DNA of 32,000 nt from the sequence record HF562234.1, one strand, 5' to 3'. Under the pieces are notes generated by a model. It was not told the origin of the DNA and searched no databases. It saw only the letters and a program-made list of their open reading frames with translations. This document shows positions 30,575 through 32,000 of the stretch, piece after piece (position 1 is the stretch's first letter; each line of letters opens with the position of its first letter). Made by a program: the position numbers and the translations under genes.

Positions 30575-31627
30575 TTAATTAGATACAAAAACAGATTCAA
30601 ATACTTTCTTTACTCTTGATCCTGTGTCAATAGTTTCTAGTGGATCTTTACGCAATCTATGGCGTAAACATAAAGTAATTACCTCTTGAATATCTGAGAT
30701 TTCAACTTTATCTCTATTGTTATATGCTGCAAATGCTTTTGCGGCTCTATTTGTTACTATATCGCCACGTAGACCATCAACATTTAGTTCACCGCAAACT
30801 TCAGAAATTTTCACTCTTAAATCATAATCTACTGTAACATCAGATAATTTAATCTGGGCATCAATAATTCTACGCTTTAATTTTTCTTGCTCTTCTTGAA
30901 ATTCTTCTAAACACTCATATGGATTACTATCAAATTTACTTCTCTGCTCAACAATTTGTACTCTCAGAGAAGGTTCTTTAACTGTTCTAATCTCGGCATG
31001 CATGCCAAACCTATCCAATAATTGCGGTCTTAATTCTCCTTCTTCAGGATTACCCGAACCTACTAAAACAAACCTTGCTGGGTGACGTATAGAAATACCT
31101 TCTCGTTCTACCGTATTCCAACCTGATGCTGCTGAATCCAAAAGAATATCTACCAAGTGATCATCTAATAAATTTACTTCATCAACATAAAGAATACCTC
31201 TATTAGCTTTAGCAAGTAAACCAGGCTCGAAAGTTTTAATACCTTCTGTTAGAGCTTTTTCAATATCAATTGTTCCACAAACACGATCTTCCGTTGCGCC
31301 TAAAGGTAGATCTACCATGGGGACCTTAATTAAGTTAATTTTCAGATCTTGTCCTTTTTCTAATTTTTGCTTAACATGATCCCCCATTAATTCATAATCA
31401 GAAGTATGAGAATTAAACATGTCATCCTCAACAACTTCTATTTTAGGCAATAGGTCAGCTATAGCCCTAATAGTAGTAGATTTCCCCGTACCACGATCTC
31501 CCATAATCATAACACCACCTATTTTAGGATCTACAACATTCAAAATTAATGCCAACTTCATTTCTTCTTGACCAACAATAGCAGTAAAAGGGAAAACTGG
31601 ACGCATTATATCTTTTGCAATACTCAC
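30575..31627 (-). CDS. chlI: Magnesium chelatase ATPase subunit I
   Basis: RPVFPFTAIVGQEEMKLALILNVVDPKIGGVMIMGDRGTGKSTT (Walker A), GILYVDEVNLLDDHLVD (Walker B) and FVLVGSGNPEEGELRPQLLDRFG. The track start is GTG at 31627. An alternative ATG lies at 31606. Confidence 0.97.
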   Translation of the reverse strand: MSIAKDIMRPVFPFTAIVGQEEMKLALILNVVDPKIGGVMIMGDRGTGKSTTIRAIADLLPKIEVVEDDMFNSHTSDYELMGDHVKQKLEKGQDLKINLIKVPMVDLPLGATEDRVCGTIDIEKALTEGIKTFEPGLLAKANRGILYVDEVNLLDDHLVDILLDSAASGWNTVEREGISIRHPARFVLVGSGNPEEGELRPQLLDRFGMHAEIRTVKEPSLRVQIVEQRSKFDSNPYECLEEFQEEQEKLKRRIIDAQIKLSDVTVDYDLRVKISEVCGELNVDGLRGDIVTNRAAKAFAAYNNRDKVEISDIQEVITLCLRHRLRKDPLETIDTGSRVKKVFESVFVSN

Positions 31628-31827
31628 AATAAGAAGCCTGTTATTTAAATATTTTAATTATTAATTAAACTTAGTAATTACAAGTAGTAACTGACTAATG
31701 AAAACGAATGTCTTTAGATCAACATTATAACATTTTAAGTTGAGAAGATGATAATCTATATTTAAGAAATAGATAATTATTATATTACTTTTTACTCCAT
31801 TAATTCATAAACCTTATTAAATATAGA

Positions 31828-31865
31828 AAAGATATAATTTCCTAATTGAAGAAAATTATATCTTT
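31828..31865 (-). terminator. Stem-loop downstream of psaM
   Basis: AAAGATATAATTT (31828..31840) pairs with AAATTATATCTTT (31853..31865). Stem 13 bp and AT-rich, loop 12 nt. It lies about 40 nt 3' of the psaM stop on the minus strand. Confidence 0.4.
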
Positions 31866-31907
31866 AATAATGTAGAAATATGATGTCTTAACATTATCAG
31901 TAATAAT

Positions 31908-32000
31908 TTACTGATACAAGTCCATACCTAAACGGATTGCTAAAACTGCTGAAACCAGAGCAAATAACAAAGCAACAAAAATTTGACTATCACTAATCAT
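31908..32000 (-). CDS. psaM: Photosystem I subunit PsaM, 30 aa; not in the ORF track. The start codon occupies the last three bases of the window.
   Basis: Minus-strand translation gives [30 protein letters not shown]. Confidence 0.88.
   Translation of the reverse strand: MISDSQIFVALLFALVSAVLAIRLGMDLYQ

Overview
This window is a very AT-rich, gene-dense piece of a red-algal (Rhodophyta) plastid genome. The diagnosis rests on phycoerythrin alpha and beta (cpeBA), phycocyanin (cpcBA), apcF, cpcG and nblA sitting beside genes kept in red-lineage plastomes: gltB, ilvH, accA, trpA, pgmA, ftrB, secA, chlI, tilS, rpoZ and many ycf genes. I can support 38 protein genes, 5 tRNAs and one tmRNA (ssrA). 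Seven short genes fall below the ORF-track cutoff and were found by hand translation: nblA, psb30, psaI, psbJ, psbL, psbF and psaM. Several track ORFs are antisense or readthrough artefacts, and several real genes start downstream of the track start. I see no CRISPR array, transposase, integrase, phage gene or defence-type gene, so I do not think the window holds a novel mobile or defence system. The points worth a second look are modest: a hidden tmRNA with its tag ORF, and a 479-aa orphan ORF with a two-repeat Tic22-like layout. Others are a roughly 750-bp coding-free spacer of extreme AT content and substitutions at normally invariant positions in PsaC and the monothiol glutaredoxin. Three genes also have no usable AUG start, and long perfect palindromes or hairpins sit at gene junctions. 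All homology calls come from my own recognition of the translated sequences. No database search was run.
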